From Cycas panzhihuaensis (taxonomy: Eukaryota; Plantae; Cycadophyta), in NCBI GenBank assembly GCA_023213395.1, contig CM041465.1, positions 174,475,741-174,539,740 of the forward strand: a stretch of 64,000 bases of DNA, written 5' to 3'. The position numbers and the translations under genes are program-made. Under the pieces are notes generated by a model. That model searched no databases. It was not told the DNA's origin and saw only the letters and a program-made list of their open reading frames with translations. Below, piece by piece: positions 28,301 through 41,222 of this stretch. How positions within the stretch are numbered: position 1 is the first letter of the stretch; the number at the start of each line of letters is the position of its first letter.

Positions 28301-29664
28301 TTCCTCACTTCATTAGGTCTCATCACATGGTACGATGATTACTCCCTATAAAACCCCATCTGGTCCATCCCAATCCCCTTCTTTTTCTTAGTACCAATAT
28401 TGTTTTGTTCGCTTAAATCCTTCATTTTCTCTAAATACCATTCCTAAAACCCTATTATTATTATTTTTTTTCATAAAGAACATCTATCACTAATACCTTA
28501 TCCATCTTTTTCCCCTAAGAATTCTTGTGGTCAAACAAACACTTCATAAATTCTCATTCAAGTCAAAATCCAAACTTCATCATTTCTTTCTATACCTTTA
28601 AAGCTATGGTTAATCACCATTCAAAATTCCACTTCTTTTCATTTTTTGCTAAGTAATCATTAATTCAAGACCCTTATGATCGACTCCTTTACCAATCTCC
28701 CAAATTCCATCATAACCTTCTCCACAAAAATTCTACGTATTCTAATCACCTATCATTCCACAAGCCATTCCATCAGAGGACAAAATGTGCAAACACAAAG
28801 CAAGATCAGGATGAGGCATTTGAAGCACCTCACAGGTCTTAGGATCCCTTCAATACAGGACAGGTTACAACATGTACCTAGCTCCAGGAACGAACATTAG
28901 CAAGTTCATAAAACTCCTTAGCAAAATCCAACAAAAGTTGCAAGATTGGACCTAGTCTTCACGACATAAAGGACTTAGCAAGTGGTGGCTAGAAGAATTG
29001 ATCAGAGCTAGACAATGACATGCGACAAGCAATTCCCAATACTTCAAAGTTGAAGCATTATTTTAAGGGGAGGAGAATTGTAGCATTCCCAAAAATAAAG
29101 AAGAAGTTGGTTTTCTATAGAGGGGATTATTACTATGAAGTCAGTTTTTAAAAGGATTAAAGAGATAATCAATTAATATATTTTATTATGAAGTTAGTTT
29201 TTTTAGAGAGAGAATCAGGAGTTGGTTTTGAGAGAGAAAAATAAGGGCTATAAATAAAAAATCCTTGTTCATTTGTAAAACATTCTGGAAGAATTTATTA
29301 TTACCTGGGATAATAGCCTTGCACCATTAGGGCCTTGTGCCTAGTTTGGAGGACTGCTCTCTCCTTGAAGAGGGTTACTTTACTGTTGGACATTGTATCG
29401 GGTTTTGTTATTGTTATTATGTTATTATCGCTTCATTACTACTGTTATCAATATATGTATTGCTGGATGAATGATTTCTATCCATGTTGAGTTGAATATT
29501 ATGGAGATTGTCTGCTATAAGTATCCATTATCTACTATGAATACTCTACTATCTATTGTATGTGAATTGGGATTGCCACAACTTATGGAGCTTGTCTGTT
29601 GTAAGTATGCATTATCTACTGTGAATACTCTGATATATGTTGCATGTGAATTGGGACCGCCATA
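25333..29664 (+). mobile_element. Non-autonomous LTR element D (no pol)
   Basis: LTRs 25333-25842 and 29079-29664, perfect TSD gaaga, PBS tggtatcagaac 25845-25856, PPT aaggggaggagaa. Gag-like KCFLEKRALDWF in 27502-27711. Confidence 0.93.
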
Positions 29665-30809
29665 GAAGATATGTGCAAAGAGTTTGAAATAACATATTTG
29701 GGACTTATGCATTATTTCTTAGGCATTGAATTATGGTAGGATGGAAAGGGGATATTTATGTCATAGAGGAAATATACATTGGATATGCTGCACAAATTTA
29801 ACATGGCCAGTTGCAAGCCACTTGTAACACCAACTGAAGTTGGGTTTAAAATTGTCTAAGTTTAAGGAGTTTGAATCAATTGATCCTACACTCTATAGGT
29901 AGTTGATTAGGAGCCTTATTTACTTGACTTCAAGTCAACTAGATATTATGTATGCAATCAGTGTGGTTTCTAGGTTTATGCATGAGCGTAAGGTAAAACA
30001 TTAGCAAGCATCCAAAAGGATTCTCAAGTATCTCAGAGGAACCATTAGGTATGGTTTGCATTATAGGTCATAGGAGGGATTATAGGTTGATAGGTTATAC
30101 AGACTCAGACTAGGCAAGTTGTATAGATGACAAGAAGTCTACTTCATGTTATACATTTAGTTTGGGTCCATTAGCAATAGCATGGAGTTCAAAGAAATAA
30201 GCAATAATATCCCTCTCTATTGCAGAAGCTGAGTATAAGGAAGCGGTAGCAGGAGCTTGTAAAACAGTTTGGCTTAGGAGATTACTTCAAGATTTATAGG
30301 AAGAACAAATTGGTCTGACATAATTGTTTTGTTATAACCAAAGTACAATTCAGATGACTAGGAATCTAATGTTTCACGGCAGGACAAAGAACATAAAAAC
30401 ACATCACTTCATCAAAAAACTAGTGCAACAAGGTAAGCTGAAGTTGGTCTATTATAGCACAGAGAATCATGTAGTAGATATCTTCACAAAGGCACATGGA
30501 AAAATATAATTTATCAAATTCAAAGATAAGCTTGGAGTCTTGCCAAATAGGCATTATGGAGGAGAAATATTAGATAATGCGTACATTGGGGCTATACCCT
30601 GTAGCTTAGAGGCAGTTCTCTTTTCTGGTATTTGTCAAAGCTAGGTGGCAGTTGACCTTAAAAGGTGTGCCAAACTTTCTCCATCCCGCTTATTTATCCA
30701 TGGGGCCTGAAGACCCTGGGGTTCATCAATACCACCCTCTTTTCGACAATAATTTATTTCCTTCTTGCCTGTTGTGTGCATGCATTTGCTCTTGCCCTCT
30801 AATTCCATC

Positions 30810-33078
30810 AGTAGTTTTCCTTGATGACATTTTAATTTTTAGCAAAAATATGGATGAACACATACATCATTTAAAGATTGTCCTAGATATTTTAATAAAA
30901 AAAAAAGTTGTATGATAAACTTTCTAAGTGTGAATTTTTTTAGGAGGAAATAGAAAATTTTGGACATATAGTGTCATCAATAGGAATTACTCTCAATCCT
31001 AAAAAAACTCAAGTTATACTAGAATGGAAAACACCACAAAATGTCCATAACATATGTAGCTTTCTTGGACTAGCAAGTTTTTATAGAAATTTTGCTCAAA
31101 ACTTCTCTAAAGTTGCAAATGCTCTTATTGAATTACTAAAGAAAAATAAAAGATTAGTTTGGATGTAAAAATGCGAGCAGAGCTTTCAAACTCTTAAAGA
31201 AAAGATCACAACAACTCTAATTTTAACACTTCCAGATTCCTCCAAACCATTTAGAGTCTTTACAAATGCATTAGGATATGTGATAGTGGTGGTATTAATG
31301 CAAGATGATAATGTTATTGCCTATAAAAGTAGGAAGATGAATTCAGCGAAACAAAGATATCCAATTTTTTATCAAGAATTATTGGCAATAATCCATGGAA
31401 TCAAAATTTGAAAGCATTATTTAAAGGGAATAACTTTGAGGTGGTCACATATTATAAACCACTTTAAAGTTTTCCCCCAAAAAGAGAACTCTCTTTACAT
31501 TAGTATAGGTGGGCATTGTTATTTCAGGAATTTAGCCCTAAACTCATTTATCAAATTAGTAAAGAAAATGTGGTGGCTGATGTACTTTCGTAGTATTCAC
31601 AAGCTTTCAATATTTCACTTGTGACAACAAATTTCAAGAACCAATTATTCAGGCATAACAAATAGATCAATGGTGTCAAAAAGTTAAGGCTTCGTTACAG
31701 AAAGGAGAACCTTTCTTTAAAGATTTCTAAATAAGGGAAGATGGTCTTTGGAAAGGTAACAGGATTGTGGTGCTAGATGTTGCATAATTAAAATAAAAAA
31801 ATTTATTTGATATACATGAAACTCCTTTTGCAAGCCATATAGGCACTAATAAAACAATAGATTTGGCTCAAAGATATGCATATTAGAAGAATATGAATCA
31901 AGAGATAGCAGATTATATCGCACTTGCAAATCATGTCAAATAAATAAAGTAGAAAGGACAAAAGCACTAGGGTTATTAACGTCTTTATCAATCCCATTGG
32001 GGAAATGGTAGAATATATCAATGGATTTTGTCACTGATTTGCCTAAGTCTAGGAATAATCATGCCCAAATATTAGTGGTACTAGATTGATTAACAAAAAT
32101 GGCAAGATTCATCCCATGCAAAATGACCAATACAACAAGCCAAATAGCATAAATACTTGTTATAGAAGTATTTTCAAAATTTGGATTTCCAAAAGCTATT
32201 GTCAATGACAGGAATACAAAATTTGCAAGCAAGTTGTGGAAAGAACTGTTTAAAACATTTAAAACAGAATTACAATTCAGTAGCAGACACCATCCACAAA
32301 CTGATGGACAAACAAAAAGAGTTAATTAAATCATGGAAGACATGCTATGCTTTCATGTTGCAATGAAGCCAAAGCATTGGCAAGCAAGTTTACCTTATGT
32401 AGAATTTTCTTATAATAATGGTAAGCATTCCTCAATAGGAATGTCACCATTTTGAACAATGTATGGATATGGGCCCTCTATTCCACTGGAACTTACTCTT
32501 CAAACACAAACAGGGGCTACTCAAGTATTAGCTGAAATGATTAATCAAATGCAACAAGATCTAGAGGATCGCAGAAACAATATGGAAAGGGCACAAGAAA
32601 GGGAAAAACTATATGTAGATCAACATAGAAGTCCTCGCAACTTTAATATTGGCAATAAAGTTCATCTCAAAGTTCCACCAAATTCAAATCCTCTCACAAG
32701 AAAGTGTACCAAACTCTCACTAAGATATTGTGGACCATTAGAAGTTATTTAAAAGATAAATGAACTGGCTTATCACTTACAACAACAAGATCATATAAAG
32801 ACACATTTGGTATTCCACGTTAGTGTTTTGAAACAAGCACTCTCTATATTTGATAATAAGATACCAACTTATGTAGATGGTCAATAGGTTCAGCAAAATT
32901 TGGTTGAACCAATATGAATACTAGATGTCCCAATTAGAAAACTCTGGCATAGACAACTCAATGAGTATCTAATACAATGGTAAAATAAGCCCATTGAGGA
33001 AGCCATATGGGAGTCAACAAAATTTGCAAGAGAAGTAGGTCTCATTGAGGACAATGACTCTTCCAAAGCAAGGAAAAA
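30810..33078 (+). pseudogene. Ty3/gypsy chromovirus pol (RT from the DD motif, RNase H, integrase, chromodomain), 5'-truncated
   Basis: VVFLDDILIFSK, SFLGLASFYRNF, ISMDFVTDLP, HPQTDGQTKRVN, KLSLRYCGPLEVI, EYLIQW*NKPIEEAIWES. Confidence 0.92.
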
Positions 33079-33264
33079 TGTTACAAGAGGGGTTTCCCCC
33101 TTCAATGTTTAAGACCCTAAATTTAATTTCAAAAGCTAAAGTTGGAAATAAGGAAGAGTTAAAGTTAAGAAAGTGTGCACAAGTGGTGGGCATGAAAAGA
33201 CGTGCACAAGAGGTGGAATATGACTCGCTCTCTAAATGACCAACCTCTCAAAATCTAGTCAAAT

Positions 33265-35901
33265 TGTAGCATTCCAAAATCTCGTCAAAACTATACCATG
33301 TAACCATTCAAATTGAAAGCCTTTGAACGAGGATTCCAACGGTTTAGACAAAAGTCAATTCTGACATCTTTGTCAAAAGTTATGACCATTTAAAGTTAGC
33401 CTACCAGTTTTGGAGAAGTTCTGGCCGACTTCAATTTTAGCAATATTAAGGATAATATCACCTAGTCTAGCCGACTTCTAATTGAAGTATTTTGATCACT
33501 ATATATAGGAAGTTTGGGCCGCATCCTAAACCATCATTCGGAGGTTCTTTTGGTTGTGCATTTTCAGTTCTAGGGCTGCAATTAGCTCGTCCATTTGGGG
33601 GCTACAGTTTTGAGGTTTCCTTGCCTCGAAGAGGGAAGCTCACTTTTTCAGAAAAGACTGGTATTTTGTTCTATTTTGGTATTATTCAACAATAAAGATT
33701 ATTATTTACTTTGGTGGATTTTGTAATTCCTGTTCATGGTTCATTTTCTTGTTGAATAGCATCTAGTTATTGTTTTTATGGATTATTACATGTATTTTTG
33801 AGAAAAATTGCTATAAATGTAGAACCAGATCGCGACAAGTGGTATCAGAGAAGGGAAAAGGCTGAGATAAAAGCTCAAAAAGGTCGATTCAATATTAAAA
33901 CACGTTATGAGGTGATTTGTGCTGGTTTTCTTTGACGATATCCTGATCTATAGCAAAGCATAGGAAGAACACTTGGAACAAATAAAGCCTAAGGGAAAAA
34001 ATGGAGACAGATTTTTTAAATTTGGAGGATCATGAGGGCATAAAAAAATGGATAAAAGATTTCAAATTCACGTCTGATACAAAATTTGAAGAGTATGGAC
34101 CAATATTAGAAATGATATTGAACGAACAAGCTTATGAGTGGTTCATTAATTAGGGTAAAGAACCTTTTCTATGGTACCAGTTTTCAAAGGCGACTACCAC
34201 AACTTTTAAGAAACATAAGCAGGGTGAGATTCAAGTAGATGAGGAAGGGCAAGAAGAAGACAGTAGTAATGAGGAGATCCTAGAGGTTTTGGAAGAGCTA
34301 GAATGAGATCTAGTGCAGAGAAAACAATATGATGACATAGAAGACCCGAAGCAGGTACAAGCAACAGAAGAGTCTCATTTGAATATCAAAGAGGAAGTCC
34401 AAAGTGAAGTTACACAGGAGCAGCATGAAGACAATGAGGAACAAGCAGATTTTTCTCAACAAATTTCATGCAAGGTAACCATTGATCCTGTATTGCACAT
34501 GCACATTTTGTTCGGTAGTTTTGTACGTCCTCTCTCTTTCCCTAGTTCAATAGCAATACAAAAGCCCTTTCTCCTCCACCCATAGTTAACCATGCTCTTA
34601 ATTCCCCTACCTTTAGTTTTTTCGTAGGTCAAATTTTATTTCCCTCAGTAACCCTAGCTCATCTCTGTACTCACCTACTGCTTCACCCCTATAGACCTTT
34701 CTCAACAGGATATGCTACAACTTCAATCTGTTCGTCAAGTCTTATCTCTTAGTATTGGCCCTTACAAAACTCCATTTGACTTTTCCCAAACCTCCTCAAT
34801 TCCATATTATCAATATCATCCTTTTCTGTTAAATCTTTCCTTTTATTTGAGTACTAATCCTAAAACCCTATTTAAGTTTTTTTTCCATAAAGAACCTCTA
34901 TCACAAATTCCCCATCCATCTTTATCTCCTAAAAGGTATTGTGGTCCAACAAAACTTGTACAAACTTTTATCCCCATCCAAGGCATATTCCAAAATTTAT
35001 CCTTTCTTCCTATACCTTCAAAGTTATGCTTGATCTCAATTCACAATTCCTCCTTTTCTTTTTATTTTCACAATAAGCAATCGCCAACCCATGACCCTTA
35101 TGATCAATTCCTTTTACAAAATCCTCACTTCTCCTTCCATAAACCATTTCATTTGAAAACAAAATATGCAAACACAAGGCAAGGCAGGGACAAGATAGTT
35201 GAGACACATCACAGGTCCCAGGATTCTCCCGATGCAGAACAAGATACAGCATGTACCTGGTCACAAGAACAAACATCGGCAAATTCAAGATGCCTGCTAG
35301 CAAAGCTCCATAGAAGACACAAGATTAAATCAAATCTTCATCATCTACAAGATCTAGCAGGAGGTGGTTGGAAGATTAGACCGAGCTACAAGCATTTATC
35401 AACACTTCGAGGGCAAAGTATTATTTTAAGGGGAGAGGAATTGTAGCATTCGAAAATCTAGTCAAAACTCTGCCATGTAACCATTCAAATTGAAGGCCTC
35501 TAAACGAGGATTCCAATGGTTCAGACGAAAGTCAATTCCGACATCTCTATCAAAAGTTATGACCATTTAAAGTTAGCCTAGCAGTTTTGGAGAAGTTCTG
35601 GCCAACTTCTATTTAAGCAGTATTGAGGATAATATCACCCAGTTTGACTGACTTTTAATTGAAGTATTTTGATCACTATATATAGGAAGTTTAGGCTGCA
35701 TCCCAAACTATCTTCGAAAGTTATTTTGGCTGCGTATTTTCAGTTTTAGGGCTGCAATTAGTTCGCCCATTTGGGGGCTGCAGTTTGGAGGGTTCCTCAC
35801 CTCAAAGAGGGAAGCTCACTTCTTCAGGAAAGGCTGGTATTTCGTTTTAATTTCGCTCTAGTTTTGGAAAATTGCTATAAAAGTAGAACCAGATCGCTAC
35901 A
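33265..35901 (+). mobile_element. Non-autonomous LTR element E (no pol)
   Basis: LTRs 33265-33837 and 35442-35901 (about 90% identical; the 3' copy lacks ~115 bp), PBS tggtatcagag 33840-33850, PPT aaggggagaggaa. Internal region homologous to D 27450-29060. Confidence 0.93.
33990..35446 (+). pseudogene. Disrupted single long ORF of element E: gag-like N-terminus, acidic region, F/P/S/L-rich region
   Basis: ORFs 34313-34585 and 34712-35446; CKVTIDPVLHMHILFGSF block shared with D and F. Confidence 0.5.
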
Positions 35902-37159
35902 AAGACCCTCAATTTAATTTCAAAAGCTAAAGTTAGAAATAAGGAAGAGTTAAACTTAAGAAAGTGTGCGCAAGTGGTGGGCATGAAAAGACGTGCACAA
36001 GAGGTGGAATATGATTCACTCTCTAAATGACCAACTTCTCAAATAAGACTTCTTCACCATCTCTCTAAGAAGAGACTCTCCATGATTTCATTCTATATAA
36101 ACAACTATTGGCCATTAAGAAGGAGAAAGGATGGAAGAGCAAGAAGACGTTATTGGACCCAATGAAGAGTCCAACTTCGTAAGGAAGGGATAAGAGTTCA
36201 AGTCATCATAGCTTTACCAAATACCTTCTAGTATATTTCTAAGATGGAGGGCAAGATTAGAGTTTATGCCTGAAGGGAGAAGGTACCCAGTAATTAATAT
36301 TTTTTGAAATTAATTATAAATATGTTTTTATAAACCCTAGAGCTACAAAAATGGCTATATCTTGAGTTTCACACAATAGATTTTCAAAAGAGTTATATAT
36401 TTGAACTCAAGATGAAATTTCCCATAAGTCGGGAAAATTTTATCTTGTTTGAGTAGTCCATACAACAATCGTACGGACCTGCAAACAACCATATGACCTA
36501 CAAGGTCATGGAATACAAGTACAAACCCCTTTTTGAGTGTCTTATACCTAAATCTCTCTTCTTGCAAAATTTCAACAAAAAATTCCATCATTTGACCTCA
36601 TAAATGTTTATTTTTCTAAAAAAATAGGGTTTGTAGGGTTATAGAGGTTGTGTACTATCTTGTACACATTAGAGCCATATTGATCTGACGTGATGGGTTC
36701 GTACACCCTCCAATAACTAACAATAGTACAACCATATAAATAGAAAATCATGGAAGATAGTAATAATATAAATAAGTGCATTCTTCCATAAAAAAGAAAT
36801 GCTTTCTTTCCAACATTACTAAGCAATCTTGCAGTAATTAATATTCTAAAAATTTCAGTCCAATATGTGTAGTATTAGGCATGTTAAAATCTGGCCATTC
36901 TTGCCTAAGAAATTATTATTGAAATTTGGACTTGAACGATGATATGTCAAAGATGATATAACCTGCTTGATTGGTAATCAAACCAATACAATGTAATTTC
37001 CTAAAATTGGTATTGACGAAGTATTACCAACAGGAAAATAAAGTATGGAGTGGCCTTCATTAAATACTGATAAGAGACAAAGGAGCAAACTTTATAAAGT
37101 CTTTGTTTTCTGAAAGAAAGAAAGAATGAAAATTTTGAAAGACATATTTGGACCCTACT

Positions 37160-37395
37160 ACTTGGGAGACTTCAGGGAACCCTTGAATAGTTTACCCCTT
37201 TTCATGTGTTGCATCAGGAGGATGCTTGGATGGAAGGACCCTTTGCATGTGCTGCGTTGGGAGGACTCATGGGTAGTTTACCCCTTAGCATGTGTTGTTT
37301 CTGGAGGATCCTTGAGTATAATTCTAAGTATATAGATTACCCTTATTTGCATAGGTTGCTTAGGGTGGATCCTTGAGTATTATACTATATACATC
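37160..37395. repeat. Degenerate tandem repeat, ~45-60-bp units
   Basis: 4-5 copies of accc(c)tt..gcatgtgttg...ggaggat.cttg. Confidence 0.65.
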
Positions 37396-37685
37396 TTGAA
37401 ATTAATGCTTGAAGGAAGAAGATGAATGAATTCTCCAAGAAGTATATGTGCATGGATTTTCCATGAGCTCTTTTCCCATGTAGGACTGAGACAAATATAA
37501 GGAATTAGTTAAAATTTACTTAGATGGATCAACTGGGAGACAGGATGCAGGATACCCTCTTGACTTGTGGTACTAAGAGGAAGACCCTTGGATACTTCCG
37601 ACATAATGGATGAGAATTGGGGTAGATACGTTTCTTGGTGGGATAGATCCTCTAAATTTGATAACCGGTTATCCAATGAATAATT

Positions 37686-38243
37686 TGTTGAGTTTATCAT
37701 TCAGCTCTGATACAAAATGTTGAAGGTGGTATGTGCTCCAATACCACAATGATAGCCTAGGATCTCTTGGAGAGAGTATGCTAAGATATTAAGATGATTA
37801 GCATCACATAAATAGCACTAAATGGACAAGCAAGTAAGCAAGCATAAACTCAAGTATATGAAGACAATAGAAATGGAGGAGTAGGAATTGTTCCTTTCTC
37901 CAAATAACAAGATTAGCTTGTATTCAAATGAGTAGCATAACAATACAATACCTCACTCTCACCTCATCTTCTTGCTCTACATGAGAAATGGTCTCATTAA
38001 ATATAGAAGGAGGAGGAATCTTAGGGGGTTGCATGTTTGATCCTTGTCAAACATGCATGCTTTGACCTTTGTGCACTCACATATGTGACAGTGCATGAGG
38101 GGTACATTGACCCTCAAGTCATAACATTGTGGTCACTAGAAAGAATGTGGGTGTGTATTTTATTACATTATTTGGTAAAGCACCCTTACATAAAGTTACA
38201 ATATAAAGTACAACACTTAATATTTAAACATAAAGGTTTAACA
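37686..38243 (-). repeat. 3' LTR of copia A
   Basis: Direct repeat of 50482-51007. Confidence 0.95.
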
Positions 38244-40667
38244 TCCCCTTTTAATGTTTACAATGTTAAGCTTTACTCCAATGTATTGCACTAAACAAGG
38301 GGTTGCTCCAAATATACCTCCTCTGCAGGGTTGCCCTTAGGAAGGTGCTTTTCACGTCTATCTAATGGATTGGCCATTTGCATTGAGAAGCTCAGGCCAA
38401 TATTAGTTTGACGGTGTTCATATTTTCTCAAGTGCAAAGGTTTCTCTATAGTCAATGCCTTCTTTCTGTTTGAATCCTTTGGCCACCTATCGAGCTTTAT
38501 GGCGCTTGATAAAACCATCAAATCAGAATTTGGTTTTGTGTCTCCTTTTGCAGTTGATTGCTTGTTTTTTGTTAGGCAATTTTACCAAATCCCAAGTTCT
38601 ATTCTTTACAATAGAATGGATTTCTTCATCAACGGCAACTTTCTACTCTTTATTTTTACAATTAGCCTCCTCAAAATTGGAAGGCTCATCAACACAAAGT
38701 ACTTCAGTCGTAAGTGCATAATTGACTACTTGCTACCTCATTTTGGATGGATATTTTCCTTCAATGACTTGTGCATTGATAACTTCTTCGGTGTTGAAGC
38801 AATAACCTCAATATCCTGGGCTTAAAGTGGCATATCAACAGAAGGGCTACTAGAGTCAAGGGGTGTTGATGATGTGGATGGAGCAGATGTTGATAAAGAA
38901 GCAATAGGAGCAGAAGATGACCATGGTGTTGAAGATTGAGAGGGAAGGAAGTCCTCTACAATCTATTTACCTTTGTCAAAAGGTAGATGGATGGATGCTT
39001 GGTCCATTACCTCATTATCTTCAATAAAGATGACATCTCGTGATATATGCATTTTCCTTGCAATGGGATACACACTCTATATGCTTTGCTGCTAATAGAG
39101 TAACTAATGAAAATGTATTTTAGACTTTTCTTGTCTAATTTCTTCCTTTGTTGTTGGAGAGTATGCATGTATGCAATGCACTTAAAAGTACACAAATGGC
39201 TAACAGTTGGCTTTTTACTAGACCAAGCCTCCTCTAGTGTCATATTGATGACTATTATAGCAGAGCTCCTATTGGAGACATAAGCTGCTACATGAAATGC
39301 TTCTACCCAATAAGAAAGTGAAAGACCCTTTGCATGCATCATGGCTTTGGCTTTGTTCGCCAAAGTTCTATTCATTCTCTCAGCTACTCCATCTTGTTGT
39401 CGTATGAGTAGTGTGTTGTCTCTTGATCCCGCGATATTTGCAAAACTAGTTGAAGTCCCTTGAGGTAAATTTACCTCCACTGTCGGATCGCAGTATTTTG
39501 ATGGGTAAATTTGATTCATTCTCCAGAGCAAGTTTGAATTCTTGGAATTTGTCCAAAGCTTCATATTTGTGTTTGATGAAATTGACTCAAACTTTATGTG
39601 AGAGGTCATCAATGAAAGTGATATAATATAGTGCGCCTCAAAGAGATGGTGTGGACATGGGTCCACATAAATCAGTATGAACCAACTGCAATGGTCATGA
39701 TGCATGCCATGCTTTGCCTCTAGGAAAAGGTGCTCAATGTTGTTTCTCCATTACACAAGCTTCACAAAGGCATTTAGATGTTGAAATCTTTGGAAGCCCA
39801 AACACCATGCTTTTGTTTAACATCATTTCAATGTTTTCTAGGTTTAAATAACCTAGTTTGTTATATCAAAGCTATTCTTTAGCCGGTGACTAAAACACAT
39901 ATGATAGTGAAGTGTCAAGTATAATATTCAAAGCATCCAGTTTGTAAAATCCATAGTCTTTATGACCAATGGCAACCACTTGATCATTCTTGTCATTAAT
40001 GGTGCATTTCTCAACTTTAAACAAAACACTCAATTGTTGCCTATCCAGTTAGCTAATAGATAATAGGTTCTTGTGCATTGATGGCACCAAGGAAGCATCA
40101 CCTGTAGGAAGTGTTGAAGCAGTGTGATCTAGTGAGTGGAATGAGGCAATTTTGCTCACTCTAGATATTTGTACAATCTCATTATTTCCAAAAGTGACCC
40201 TTTACCTTCTTTAACATAATAGAGCAAATCCTTATTTCCATTCATATGAAGAGATGCTCCTGAATCAACAATCCATGTGCTGTTACTATTTGTGGTGTGA
40301 TAGGCACAAAACAATTTATCATCATCATTGACAAACTGATTTGTGTGGCATTGATTGCCACCTCTAAATCCCCCCCTTCTTCTATGACCTCCTTGAAATC
40401 AACCTCGATTTGATCTATGAGAGGTTGTTGTTGCCATTGTGATCATTGTTGTTGCTATTGAGGTTGGTTTTATTGTTGTTGTTATTGTATGTCAAATTGA
40501 CATTTCTAGCACTCTAGTTGAATGTGGCCCATTTTGCCACAATAATAACAAACAATGTTATTGGCTTTTGATGTGCCAATATTTAAATTCCCAAACTACT
40601 TGTTGAAGTTCTATTTAGGAGTTTCTTTGCCATTGTACTTGGTTGTGAACACTCATAATGTGGATGT

Positions 40668-41222
40668 TGTTAAACCTTATGTTTACATGTTAAGGTTATG
40701 TACTTTAATTTTTATGTAATATGTGTACTTTTGTACTTTAGGGGTGACTTATCACTTAAGTGATAAAGTGCACACCCACATTCTTTCTAGTGACACAACA
40801 TTGTCACTAAAGGGTCAAATGGACCCTCATGCATTTTTGCTCACATGAGAGCCCAAAAGGACACATGTCCTACATGCAAGGGATGTATCTTGGATGTTTG
40901 ACACTTGTCAAACATCCAAGGCCTTAGGTCTCTCATTTCACTCTATATAATGAGATCTCTCCTCATTGTCTCACAAGAGAGTTGGAGTTGTATTGTTATA
41001 CTGTTAGGTTGCTAATCAAACTGTCTATTCTTTTGGAGGTTGGACCAATTCCAACTTCACACATTGGGTATCATTTCTCTTGCTCCTTCATTTTATGCTT
41101 TGTCTCTTATGCTTTCTTTCATCTTGAGAGTATTATACTTGTTAAGTATTTGTGCTTCTAGAACTAGAGTGATCCTAGCTTCTAGATCTTGGGATTGTGA
41201 GGCCATTAGGCCTCTTTTCACA
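40668..41222 (+). repeat. 5' LTR of copia B
   Basis: TGTTAA...TTCACA, followed by PBS. Confidence 0.97.

Larger units (their letters stand above)
22056..30567 (+). mobile_element. Ty1/copia gag-pol, decayed, split by element D
   Basis: gag (VPKFDGANF; CSYCHRNGHLENNC), protease WYIDSDCSTHM, integrase LRSDNGGEF..TPQQNGVAERKNRT, RT LYVDDLIY; RT resumes at 29665; RNase H GYTDSD*ASC; PPT ggaggagaaa 30558-30567. LTR pair not resolved. Confidence 0.93.
33079..36722 (+). repeat. 3' LTR of that chromovirus, split by element E (right end tentative)
   Basis: tgttac after PPT aaggaaaaa; TATA-like ctatataaa near 36094; candidate end taaca at 36722. Confidence 0.55.
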
